A stretch of 64,000 nucleotides of DNA. Origin: Bacillota bacterium. GTDB taxonomy: Bacteria; Bacillota; Clostridia; Acetivibrionales; DTU013. A program made the translations under genes and the position numbers. The stretch lies in assembly GCA_023435745.1 (NCBI GenBank), contig JAEZMD010000003.1, positions 29,923-93,922 of the forward strand. Reading direction: 5' to 3'. Under the pieces are notes generated by a model that was given only the letters and a program-made list of their open reading frames with translations, was not told the origin of the DNA and searched no databases. Positions 18,947 to 28,140 of the stretch are shown in pieces (the stretch's first letter is position 1; each line of letters starts with the position of its first letter).

Positions 18947-19103
18947 TGGGATTCCTGTGATAACATTAGAATAGGATATGAGCACATTGATTTTAGCTTA
19001 AATGTGATTGATAAATGAATATAAACGGTATAAATATCGTGGGAAATAATAGAAATCTTCGAAGTTGTCCATAATCTCTATAGAGTTTAACAAGGAGGAC
19101 GAT

Positions 19104-20429
19104 ATGAGAAGATTCATCGTTGTGTTTCTCGCGATACATATGCTTTTGCTGACAGGGTGTACGATTCCTTTTTTCGGGAAGTCAGAGAATGACCCCACGG
19201 TTGTTACAGATGAGAGTGGGCTGGTCAGCGTTGATGACAATGACCGGGAGGGGGAACAGATCGGCGGGCTGGACGGTGCAGGTACCGATCTTGGTATTGA
19301 TTCTGAATCCAGTTCCGATTCTGAGTCCGTCGCCGATCTCGAATCCACTGCGGATACCGGATACGGTTTTCCAGATAATGACGGCCTTGTGGCAGACGAC
19401 GCCGCAGAACTGCCGGAGACGGAAACAACCGGAACAACCGGAGCAACCGGAGAGGAAGCTGCAGACAGTGTGTTATACATAACAGATCCGACCGGCACGG
19501 GTGATGAAACAGGAGTACTGGCTGCTCAAAGTGATTCGGGCAGCAGCGTATTTTTTTCAGAACCAAGGCGTTCTGTCACTGTATATTATCAGGACGGGGA
19601 TGGATATCTAGTCCCGATGACCAGATGGATCGAAACGCAGCCAGGTATAGCAAGGGCTTCTCTGAATCTGGTGATCGACAGTGCACTGAACCGGGAAGAA
19701 CTGGCATATTACGGGGTGTACCCGGTTATACCGGAGAATACCGAGATACAGGGCATAGATATCAGAGAGGGCATAGCGACTGTCGATTTTAACAGGCATC
19801 TGCTCAATTATGACAGCGCGTTGTCAGAGAGAAATATTGTCGCTTCGATTGTTTATACAATGACGGAGTTTGAGACAATTGAACGAGTTAGAATCTTGAT
19901 CAATGGCTATCCGCAGGGCTTCCTGAAGTATGGGACCGACCTTGGAAAGCCGTTGGGGCGTGATGACGTAATGATCAATGGGGAGCTTGCACTGACACCG
20001 GCTGAAACGTCCAAGGTTGATGTTTTTATGATGAAGCAGGCAAATACCGGCTTTATCTACCCGGTTCCGCTTTCTGCAGTAGATACGACCGATGCCGATT
20101 ATCTGCCGGAGATCCTGGTAAAGCAGTTGCTGGACACGAAAACGGAAGGTCTGCTGGTCAGTGAGATTCCGCAGGATGTTGTTTTGTTAGATACAAGCAT
20201 TGTGAATGGAATTATTACGCTGAATTTTAGTGAAGAATTTATGAACTATGGCGGCACTGCACGTGAAGAGGGGATTCTAAAGCAACTGGCCTATACGCTG
20301 CGGCAGTGCAATGGGATCAGAAGGTTGAGGATTATAGTTGGGGGACGCGAGGTCGAATTGCCTGAGGGAACGGATATATCACAGGGATTGGCGATCCCTG
20401 TTACAATAAATGATGTGATCGACAGATAA
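19104..20429 (+). CDS. gerM: GerM-like sporulation/germination lipoprotein (two GerMN-type domains)
   Basis: AGGAGG RBS before ATG 19104. Lipoprotein signal MRRFIVVFLAIHMLLLTGC. An acidic linker is followed by two similar modules (VTVYYQDGDGYLVPMTRWI.. and VDVFMMKQANTGFIYPVPLS..). The following rdgB and ysnB-like genes match my recollection of the B. subtilis gerM region. Confidence 0.75.
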   Translation: MRRFIVVFLAIHMLLLTGCTIPFFGKSENDPTVVTDESGLVSVDDNDREGEQIGGLDGAGTDLGIDSESSSDSESVADLESTADTGYGFPDNDGLVADDAAELPETETTGTTGATGEEAADSVLYITDPTGTGDETGVLAAQSDSGSSVFFSEPRRSVTVYYQDGDGYLVPMTRWIETQPGIARASLNLVIDSALNREELAYYGVYPVIPENTEIQGIDIREGIATVDFNRHLLNYDSALSERNIVASIVYTMTEFETIERVRILINGYPQGFLKYGTDLGKPLGRDDVMINGELALTPAETSKVDVFMMKQANTGFIYPVPLSAVDTTDADYLPEILVKQLLDTKTEGLLVSEIPQDVVLLDTSIVNGIITLNFSEEFMNYGGTAREEGILKQLAYTLRQCNGIRRLRIIVGGREVELPEGTDISQGLAIPVTINDVIDR

Positions 20430-20502
20430 TGAAGCCGACAGATAAAAAGAAAGAAGATGCTTTGTTTTGCACATAAATGAGAAAATGTCAGGGTCAAAGA
20501 AT

Positions 20503-21114
20503 ATGAGGCTGATTGCAGCTACGAGGAACAAGGGGAAGCTGGAGGAGATCGCACAAATCCTGGAACAGTTTCCCTTCAATGTTGTTTCAATGACCGAGGC
20601 AGGCATGACAGACGATATAGAGGAAACCGGAAGTACCTTTGAGGAAAATGCGCTAATTAAGGCAAAAAAGGTCTGGGAGGCCACAGGCACGGGTGAAATA
20701 GTATTGGCTGACGATTCGGGGCTGGAGGTAGATTATTTGAACGGAGCTCCCGGCGTTTATTCTGCAAGATATGCAGGCGAGGGAGCTTCTGATGCGGATA
20801 GAAACAGGAAGCTTATCGGCGCACTTGCAGGAGTGCCCGCAGACAAAAGAAGCGCAAGATTCGTATGTGCTATAGCGATGGTTTTCCCGGACGATACTGA
20901 TCTTGTTGTCAGAGGAACCTGTGAGGGAATGATTGCATTAGAACCTGCGGGCAGCAATGGCTTTGGATATGATCCGCTGTTTTATATTCCGTCCATTGGA
21001 TTGACAATAGCGCAGATGGATGCGGAAACGAAGAACGGCATAAGCCATCGGGGGAATGCTCTCAGACAGCTGGCTGAAAAGCTGAAGCATATTTGGCAGT
21101 CTTTGGAAGGGTAA
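20503..21114 (+). CDS. rdgB: non-canonical purine NTP pyrophosphatase (RdgB/HAM1)
   Basis: MRLIAATRNKGKLEEI, DDSGLEVDYLNGAPGVYSARYAG, and GFGYDPLFY..SHRG. Start is uncertain (ATG 20485 or 20503). Confidence 0.9.
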   Translation: MRLIAATRNKGKLEEIAQILEQFPFNVVSMTEAGMTDDIEETGSTFEENALIKAKKVWEATGTGEIVLADDSGLEVDYLNGAPGVYSARYAGEGASDADRNRKLIGALAGVPADKRSARFVCAIAMVFPDDTDLVVRGTCEGMIALEPAGSNGFGYDPLFYIPSIGLTIAQMDAETKNGISHRGNALRQLAEKLKHIWQSLEG

Positions 21115-21203
21115 GGAAGTCGGCGGCATGATAAAGCCGACCGGGCGGTTGAGTTATAATTGACTATTAAGATTGGACAGTGTTTTGTGGGGGTTCATGA
21201 TAT

Positions 21204-21683
21204 ATGAAGATTTTGGTTATAAGTGATACGCACGGTGATATTAGTAAGGCTGAAGAAGCCATTAATTTTAATAAAGATATCGATTTGATCATCCATCTCG
21301 GCGATTATTTCAGGGATGCTATGAAACTATCCAACCTGTTTCCGGATATACCTTTTGAGTATATCTATGGCAACAGTGATTTCATGATTGAAAATGTTCC
21401 CGCCGAGAAGCTGCTGGATATATGCGGAAAGAAGATATTTATCACGCATGGGCACAGATATTCTGTTAAGTGGGATTATGAAAAGCTGTTCAGGAAAGCA
21501 GAGGAGCTTAGTGCCGATATGGTCCTGTTTGGACATACTCATTGTCCTGATATAGTGACAAGGGGTCGGCACCTTATTTTAAATCCCGGCAGCACCAGTG
21601 ACCCAAGGGATGATTCTGATGAATCCTATGCGATCATTGAAATTGATAACGAACAGATCAAACCCCGGATATACCGTATCTGA
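21204..21683 (+). CDS. YfcE/YsnB-type metallophosphoesterase
   Basis: MKILVISDTHGD, HLGDY, ITHGHRY and VLFGHTH are calcineurin-like phosphoesterase motifs. 159 aa. Confidence 0.85.
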   Translation: MKILVISDTHGDISKAEEAINFNKDIDLIIHLGDYFRDAMKLSNLFPDIPFEYIYGNSDFMIENVPAEKLLDICGKKIFITHGHRYSVKWDYEKLFRKAEELSADMVLFGHTHCPDIVTRGRHLILNPGSTSDPRDDSDESYAIIEIDNEQIKPRIYRI

Positions 21684-21795
21684 AGCCCTTTGCAGGCTGT
21701 CTGACGGAACTGCCGGGAAATGTTGTCCGAGATTTTTTGAAACATATTAGTATCAATACTCGTCAAACAAAAGACTTGTTTTTGAGATAAATATA

Positions 21796-24573
21796 ATGCG
21801 GGGTGAAATATTGATACATAATAAACGTTTTTTCAAAGTCCTTTTGATTCCTGTTACTTTTCTTTTAGCAATTACATTGATTTTATCGCCTAAAGTATAT
21901 TCTGCTGATTCAGAGGCCGATGTTACCGTTGAAGTTAAGGGCGGTTTTGATGGAGTGGCAAGACTGGGGGCGTATATTCCCTATAGAATCATGCTCATTA
22001 ATAAGGGAAGGGCTGTTGAGGGAGAAGTACAGGTCGAAATCAAGATTGACAGTCAGAACAAAACCGTTTTCTCCAAGCCGGTATCCCTTGCCGAAGGCGT
22101 TGTCAAGGAGGTAGTAATCGACGCGCCTGTCTTTACCGCAAGAAAAGGAGTAAAGATCAAGTTCCAGGAGAATGGTAAAACCATAAAAGAGTTGGAATAC
22201 AACTTTTTAAAATTAATTCCTCCCGAGATGAAAACCATTGGCGTATTAAGCTCGGATAATGCTGCATACGACTTTTTGAATGGTATGACGATACCACAAT
22301 CAAACGGTGATATGGCATATGATGAAAAAATGAAGCTGATGCAGGCCGCCGGAATGTATCCGGGCGCTTCCGTCGCAACTGCTCAAGCCGTACCGGTTGG
22401 TTCTATAACGGAATCGGAAAGCATACTAATTCCGCTGGACGGTGGGAGCTTTCCTGACGATATCAGGATCATGAATGGGTTTGATATTCTGATTATCAGC
22501 AATTATGATACTGAAACATTGTCTGAAAATCAAATGAGTGTGCTTGAAAGTTGGACCGAGAGCGGAGGCACACTGGTCATTGGAACCGGTGCAAATTGGA
22601 AGAAGGTTTACTCTTCTCTGCCTGAGGCCATGCAAAGGTTTTCTGTATCAGGCACATCCTCCGCCGTTCCGCCGGAAGAGCTGGAAAACTATGCGGGAGC
22701 AGCTTTTTCAGGCGATGTGATTCTTGATACTGTTACGGGGGAGATCGGTTTTGAATATGCACAGCCTGTAGCAGACAGTACGGACGGGTCAAATGAGGAT
22801 GAGAATAACGCGGTCGGCAAGAATGCAAGCGTTGATGCGGATGAAGAGAAGCAATGGGTTTATAGTTCAAATATTGATGAGGTGATCATAGGGGATAGCG
22901 GCAGCCCTCTGGCGGTGAAATATATTCACAAATCCGGGCGGATACTTTTTCTGGCTTTTGATCCCGGAATGGAGCCTGTTGCAAGCTGGCAGGGGAAACA
23001 GTCCTTCTGGGAAAATCTTCTGTATCATAGCGGCAATTCTAACAGAGTATACGAAAGAGGCCGGGGATATTACTATTCCAATCAAGACATCTACTACACG
23101 AACAGTCTGACATCTCAGGTGCCGGACGACAGGACGCCGCCGTTCCTGTTTATGTTTATAACGATCGGAGTATATATCATTATTGCCGGGCCTGCCATGT
23201 ACATCTTCTTGAAGCGAAAGGACAAGAGGGATTTCAGCTGGCTTGCGGTACCTGCTGCTGCTCTATTATGTCTTGTTGTCATATACTTTGTTGGATTTAA
23301 AACAAGATATAAGACAGCGGTTTTTAATACAGCCTCGATGATCCATCTGGATATGGAGAACCAAAAGGCTGATATCACAACAGGTATGGGCATTTTCAAC
23401 AATAAGAGAGGTGATCTGAAGCTCACCTACTCAGATGAGGATAACATAGAGTTTGATGTTACCCAGTCCGAAAATCGTAGTTATGTTGTATATGAGGACG
23501 GGAGGGAGCCTGAGGGCAAGGTCGTAAGCAAGCTTGTGTTCAGTGAACCAATGAATTATATGCTTTATGACGTTTCAATGTGGGAACCCAAATATCTTTC
23601 CGCAAAAAAAAGCGAGCCCTTCACAGATCAAATAATCGGCTCTGTTAAAATTGAGGACGGTAAATTCAGAGCAGTAATAAGCAACAGGACCAAATATGAC
23701 TTTATGGAAGCATTTATCACAGTGGGAAACAACTTTATCAGTGCCGGGGACATCCTTTCAGGGAAAGAAAAAACGATCGAAGCGGATTTTAATTCAGACG
23801 GAGTACTTCATAGCTTTGAGGAATACCTGAACGCACAGTATGGCCGGACAAGCTATCCCTCCAATACGGCGCTTTCTGATGATTTTAAAGAAAGGTACAG
23901 GAAAAGAATGACAGTTGAACAGCTTCTCGAGCCTATGCTCTACAGCCTGAGAGGGCAGACCAAAATAGGGTTGTTCGCATTGAATAATCAAAACCTCGGC
24001 TTTAATATTACAATAAATGATGAGACACCTGTATCCTATTATACAAATGGAATATTTACAAGTGTCGATATGATTTTTGAAAAGGGCAGCGAGGTAGATA
24101 TCCCCGCAGGTGTCATACTACCGCAGATCGATGAATATAGCCAAAACGTTGCAAGTACTGAAGGGGACAACGGAGTCAGAATAAGAAATAAAGGCGATAT
24201 CGATTTTACATATTCACTGCCCGAGGGTATCCTGTCAACCGGATTTTCTCTTAAATTTGATACTTATGTACCTCTTCATGTTAAGTACAATATGGAAGAT
24301 ATGGCGGCGCAAAACAGTAATGTGCAGACAAGGATCCTGCAAAATCAGTATGAATATTTTCTGTATAACAAAGCGTCTGATAACTGGGAGCAAATAGAGG
24401 ACAATCATGGCGTGGCTGAAAAAGCCGATCAATATATTGATGATGAAAACAGGCTCAAGGTCCGCGTAAAGGTAGTGGAAATTGCGGAAGCGGACATGAA
24501 ATCCAATGATGGATATGTCGAGACTGAGCGGCTGGCGTTCCCGGCGCTGCAACTGAAGGGGGTGGTGCGGTAA
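21796..24573 (+). CDS. large envelope protein of unknown function (about 920 aa), possible GldG-like auxiliary component of the adjacent ABC-2 transporter
   Basis: Signal peptide (..FLLAITLILSPKVYSADSE). Two central TM helices lie around 23130..23300, separated by KRKDKRD, giving two large extracytoplasmic halves. The segment DILIISNYDTETLSENQMSVLESWTESGGTLVIGTG resembles ABC-auxiliary/GATase1-like modules. The real start may be TTG 21811 behind GGGGTGA, because TATAAT abuts ATG 21796. The stop overlaps the ABC ATPase start (TAATG). Confidence 0.7.
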   Translation: MRGEILIHNKRFFKVLLIPVTFLLAITLILSPKVYSADSEADVTVEVKGGFDGVARLGAYIPYRIMLINKGRAVEGEVQVEIKIDSQNKTVFSKPVSLAEGVVKEVVIDAPVFTARKGVKIKFQENGKTIKELEYNFLKLIPPEMKTIGVLSSDNAAYDFLNGMTIPQSNGDMAYDEKMKLMQAAGMYPGASVATAQAVPVGSITESESILIPLDGGSFPDDIRIMNGFDILIISNYDTETLSENQMSVLESWTESGGTLVIGTGANWKKVYSSLPEAMQRFSVSGTSSAVPPEELENYAGAAFSGDVILDTVTGEIGFEYAQPVADSTDGSNEDENNAVGKNASVDADEEKQWVYSSNIDEVIIGDSGSPLAVKYIHKSGRILFLAFDPGMEPVASWQGKQSFWENLLYHSGNSNRVYERGRGYYYSNQDIYYTNSLTSQVPDDRTPPFLFMFITIGVYIIIAGPAMYIFLKRKDKRDFSWLAVPAAALLCLVVIYFVGFKTRYKTAVFNTASMIHLDMENQKADITTGMGIFNNKRGDLKLTYSDEDNIEFDVTQSENRSYVVYEDGREPEGKVVSKLVFSEPMNYMLYDVSMWEPKYLSAKKSEPFTDQIIGSVKIEDGKFRAVISNRTKYDFMEAFITVGNNFISAGDILSGKEKTIEADFNSDGVLHSFEEYLNAQYGRTSYPSNTALSDDFKERYRKRMTVEQLLEPMLYSLRGQTKIGLFALNNQNLGFNITINDETPVSYYTNGIFTSVDMIFEKGSEVDIPAGVILPQIDEYSQNVASTEGDNGVRIRNKGDIDFTYSLPEGILSTGFSLKFDTYVPLHVKYNMEDMAAQNSNVQTRILQNQYEYFLYNKASDNWEQIEDNHGVAEKADQYIDDENRLKVRVKVVEIAEADMKSNDGYVETERLAFPALQLKGVVR

Positions 24574-25508
24574 TGCTGAAGATTACAAATCTTGTTAAGA
24601 GGTATGGCAAATTTACCGCAGTCGACAATTTGTCCATGGAAATCAGCGAAGGCCAGATTTTCGGCTTTGTAGGGGCGAACGGAGCGGGGAAAACAACAAC
24701 AATGAGGATTGTTGCCGGGTTATTGCAGCCAACATCCGGAGAAATTCTAGTGGATGGTACAGATATTTTATCCTCCTCGAGAAAAGTGAAAAAGAAGATC
24801 GGATATATGCCCGATTTCTTTGGCGTATATGATGATCTAAAGGTAGTTGAATACATGAATTTCTATTCCGGCATTTATGGAATCCCATACCGCGAAAGGA
24901 AGGGAATATCGGATCAACTGCTGGAGCTGGTTGATCTCAGCCATAAAAAGGATTTTTATGTTGACAGCCTAAGCAGGGGTATGAAGCAAAGGCTTTGCCT
25001 TGCAAGAAGCCTGATCCATGATCCAAGACTGTTAATCCTTGACGAACCGGCTTCAGGACTGGATCCTAGAGCAAGGGTTGAGATGAAAAACATATTAAGA
25101 GAATTGAAAAATATGGGGAAGACCATTCTCATAAGCTCCCACATCCTTTCGGAGCTTGCTGAGATGTGCACAGTCATTGGTATTATTGATAAGGGAAGAC
25201 TGTCTGCTTGTGGGTCGGTTAAGGAAATCATTGATAAACTGACCCGCACGGGGAAACTGAAGATAAAGGTCAGGGACAGGGTGGAGCAAGCCGTAAAATT
25301 GCTGCAGGAGCAGCCTTCTATTGGAGAAATTGTCGTAAATGGAGATATTGTTGAAGCTGATACCGGCGCTGATGAGCAGTTGCTTTCGGAAATGCTTAAG
25401 AGGCTTGTGACCCAGGATATTCCCGTCGTAACCTTTGCACGGGAGGGCGGAAGTCTTGAGTCCGTCTTTATGCAGCTTACGGAAGGGAGTGAAGAACATG
25501 ATGCTTAA
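24573..25508 (+). CDS. ABC transporter ATP-binding protein (ABC-2 type)
   Basis: Walker A GANGAGKTT, signature LSRGMKQRL, Walker B LLILDEPASGLD, H-loop SSHIL, and a C-terminal extension of about 90 aa. Confidence 0.92.
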   Translation: MLKITNLVKRYGKFTAVDNLSMEISEGQIFGFVGANGAGKTTTMRIVAGLLQPTSGEILVDGTDILSSSRKVKKKIGYMPDFFGVYDDLKVVEYMNFYSGIYGIPYRERKGISDQLLELVDLSHKKDFYVDSLSRGMKQRLCLARSLIHDPRLLILDEPASGLDPRARVEMKNILRELKNMGKTILISSHILSELAEMCTVIGIIDKGRLSACGSVKEIIDKLTRTGKLKIKVRDRVEQAVKLLQEQPSIGEIVVNGDIVEADTGADEQLLSEMLKRLVTQDIPVVTFAREGGSLESVFMQLTEGSEEHDA

Positions 25509-26445
25509 CCCCATTATTGAAAAGGATCTGAAAACAAAAATGAGAGGGTGGCGCACACCTATTCTGTTAAGTCTGTATCTGCTGTTTCTGGCGGCTGTTC
25601 TATTTATATTTTTTATATCCAACAACCAGATATACGGCAGATATGGTTACTCGAGCTTCAATCCAAGGATAGCCGTAAATGCTTATAATGTCATAGCTCT
25701 GTTTCAATTCGCACTTCTAATGCTTATTGTACCTGCTCTCACAGCTACTGCTATCAGCGGTGAGAGGGAAAGACAGACATTAGATCTGATGCTTTGCTCC
25801 GATATATCAATATGGTCGGTCATCATGGGAAAGCTTGTTGTGTCCATAGCCCATATAATGTTTCTGGTGGTTGCTTCCCTGCCTGTCTTGGGGATGGTGT
25901 TTCTCTTTGGAGGAATAACCTTTGGAGAGTTGTTGCTCCTGTTTTTGTTCTATCTTATGACTGCACTTATGGTAGCCAGCCTTGGTATTTTTCTGTCAAC
26001 CCTTTTTCGCAGGAACGTTACAGCGATCATTACAGCATACATCAGCCTGGGACTTCTGGGTCTGGGCCCTGTGATAGTGCTGCTCATCTATGGAATATTT
26101 GGTAGTATGCGCAATGTGCAAATCACCTACAGTACCATTGCCGGATTCATGTTTCCTTCACCTGTTTTTGGATTTATATCCTTCATGACAGGCGGGCAAA
26201 GCAGTGTATTTGGAGGCGCTTTCAGCGAAGTACAGAATCTTGCCGACAGGGATACCGGCTGGCTCAGATATTTAAAGCCATGGATGATCAACGGCTTGTT
26301 TAACATTATTTTTTCAGGTATTCTTTTATCTCTAAGTGCGTGGAAGCTGAAACCTGTGAAAAAAATGAAGAGTAAAAGTAAGAGTAAGAACGAGAAAAAA
26401 CAAGAGCAGAAAGAAAATTATCAGCAGACGAAAGCACTAGATTGA
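25498..26445 (+). CDS. ABC-2 family permease (NosY/GldF-like)
   Basis: About 315 aa from ATG 25498, which overlaps the ATPase stop by 11 nt. Six hydrophobic helices and a Lys-rich C-terminal tail. It lies directly after the ATPase. Confidence 0.8.
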   Translation: MMLNPIIEKDLKTKMRGWRTPILLSLYLLFLAAVLFIFFISNNQIYGRYGYSSFNPRIAVNAYNVIALFQFALLMLIVPALTATAISGERERQTLDLMLCSDISIWSVIMGKLVVSIAHIMFLVVASLPVLGMVFLFGGITFGELLLLFLFYLMTALMVASLGIFLSTLFRRNVTAIITAYISLGLLGLGPVIVLLIYGIFGSMRNVQITYSTIAGFMFPSPVFGFISFMTGGQSSVFGGAFSEVQNLADRDTGWLRYLKPWMINGLFNIIFSGILLSLSAWKLKPVKKMKSKSKSKNEKKQEQKENYQQTKALD

Positions 26446-26469
26446 AAGTAAGCTTAAGAAGGTGGGCTG

Positions 26470-28128
26470 ATGTATATAAGAGATATTATAAAGATGCTCA
26501 GGCCTCTGAGAAACCGAATGCATGTCAACTGTGGAATATTTCGGCTTTTAGCCTGCCTGTGTATAGGAGGGGCTGCGGGTATGCTGCTGGCATATGCTTC
26601 ACTTTGGATGCCTGTTCCGTTTCTCATGCGCAGCATACTGTATATCTATGGCGTATCTGCAGTTGCGGGCATAGTTATATCTATATTTTCAATTCCCCGG
26701 ACGAAGGGACTCATTGAGGCTGCTGATGCTCTTGGACTTAAGGAAAGATTGATCACTGCATGGCAGCTTAAGGAGGAAGATACCGTTATTGCCGAATTAC
26801 AGAGGCGTGATACGATTAAAGCTGTCTCATCTGCCGATTTTAAAAGACTCTATCCCATACGGTTCCCTGCGAAGCTGGGCGTTGTACTCGGGGCTTGTAT
26901 TGTACTTACATCCGTATCATTTATCATACCGGCGTATGCACGCGAGACAGCTGAGCAGATAGAGAAGCTGCAGGGAGTAGTTGAGGAACAGCTTGAAGAA
27001 TTGGAGAAGGTAAGTGAAGAGCTAAAAAACAACGGAGATCTGGAGCAGGCTGAGTTGGACAGAATCCTTGATGAAGCGGCAAGGCTCACAGAGGAGCTTA
27101 AGCGGGCAAGAACTGAAGAGGAGGCAATGAAGGCGCTATCCCGGGCTGAAAATGAACTCGAGAAGCTGGATATGCAAAAGCAGCTCAGCAAGCTGGGAGA
27201 TGCAATGAACCAAAATGATATGACAAGCGGTATCGGAAAAGCGGTTCAGGACGGAAATATGACCGATTTGAAGCAAGCGCTGGAGCAGCTGAAGCAGCAG
27301 CTTGAGCAGGGTGAAATATCATCCCGGGAGCTTGCGGAAATGCTTGAGCAGGCAGCTGAGCGGATGGAGAACAAGGAACTGGCAGAGAAACTGGAGCAGG
27401 CGGCCGAAGGGCTTGGTTCCGACGCTATAGAGGATCAGAATGCAGCGCTGGGAAGTCTGGGAGATGCACTGTCGGACATGATGAGTTCACAGGAGGGCAA
27501 TGGCATAGGACAGGCTGTTGGAAAGCTTTCCCAGGCTGTGCAACAGGCTAAGAGCAGCGTGTCTCAGGTGGACAGCAATATATCAGCAGGTAATGGATAC
27601 AGCCCGGGAGAGTCGGGACAAGGATCAGGTCAGCCATCGGGACTTCAGGCTGCGCAGGGGGACGGGCAGTCGTCAGGCTCAGGCGAGGGCACAGGTTCAG
27701 GCCAGGGCACAGGTTCAAGCCAGACAGGTCAAGGCCAGGGACAAGGCCAGGGAAAGGGAGCAGGTCAAGGCGGCAGCTCGGGAGCAGGAGAAGGCTCAAC
27801 CAACAAGGATTCGGGATATACAGGAAGCGAGGGCTACGGAGGCGGACGCAAAGCAGGTGAGGGCAGGGAAGAAGAATTTGAGATGCTATACGATCCTGAG
27901 CACTTGGGAGGAGACGCCGATCCCAGCTATGTCACCGGGCAGAAGCAAGATGGCGGACAAAGCAGCTATTCACAGACGGATCAGATTCCTGCTGAAAAAG
28001 GAGCAATCCTGCCTTATCATGAGGTGTTAAACCGATATGGAGAGAAAGCTGCATCATATATTGAGGAGACAGAGATTCCTCCGGCGATGAAGGAAATTGT
28101 TCGAGAGTATTTTAAATCATTGGAGTAG
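26470..28128 (+). CDS. membrane-anchored coiled-coil protein with Gly/Ser/Gln low-complexity region, unknown function
   Basis: 552 aa. Three N-terminal hydrophobic helices are followed by a heptad-rich acidic coiled coil of about 200 aa (..EQLEELEKVSEELKNNGDLEQAELDRILDEAARLTEELKRA..). A GQGSGQ...GQGQGQGQGKGAGQGGSSGAGEG tract follows, then a short conserved-looking C-terminal end. Confidence 0.7.
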   Translation: MYIRDIIKMLRPLRNRMHVNCGIFRLLACLCIGGAAGMLLAYASLWMPVPFLMRSILYIYGVSAVAGIVISIFSIPRTKGLIEAADALGLKERLITAWQLKEEDTVIAELQRRDTIKAVSSADFKRLYPIRFPAKLGVVLGACIVLTSVSFIIPAYARETAEQIEKLQGVVEEQLEELEKVSEELKNNGDLEQAELDRILDEAARLTEELKRARTEEEAMKALSRAENELEKLDMQKQLSKLGDAMNQNDMTSGIGKAVQDGNMTDLKQALEQLKQQLEQGEISSRELAEMLEQAAERMENKELAEKLEQAAEGLGSDAIEDQNAALGSLGDALSDMMSSQEGNGIGQAVGKLSQAVQQAKSSVSQVDSNISAGNGYSPGESGQGSGQPSGLQAAQGDGQSSGSGEGTGSGQGTGSSQTGQGQGQGQGKGAGQGGSSGAGEGSTNKDSGYTGSEGYGGGRKAGEGREEEFEMLYDPEHLGGDADPSYVTGQKQDGGQSSYSQTDQIPAEKGAILPYHEVLNRYGEKAASYIEETEIPPAMKEIVREYFKSLE

Positions 28129-28140
28129 GGGGGACAGGAG

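Noticed and set aside
27590-27840. Short tandem DNA repeats checked as a possible CRISPR-like or minisatellite array
   Set aside because: The units are 18 nt, directly adjacent without spacers, in frame, and encode a Gly/Ser/Gln tract of a long ORF. There is no repeat-spacer periodicity anywhere in the window.
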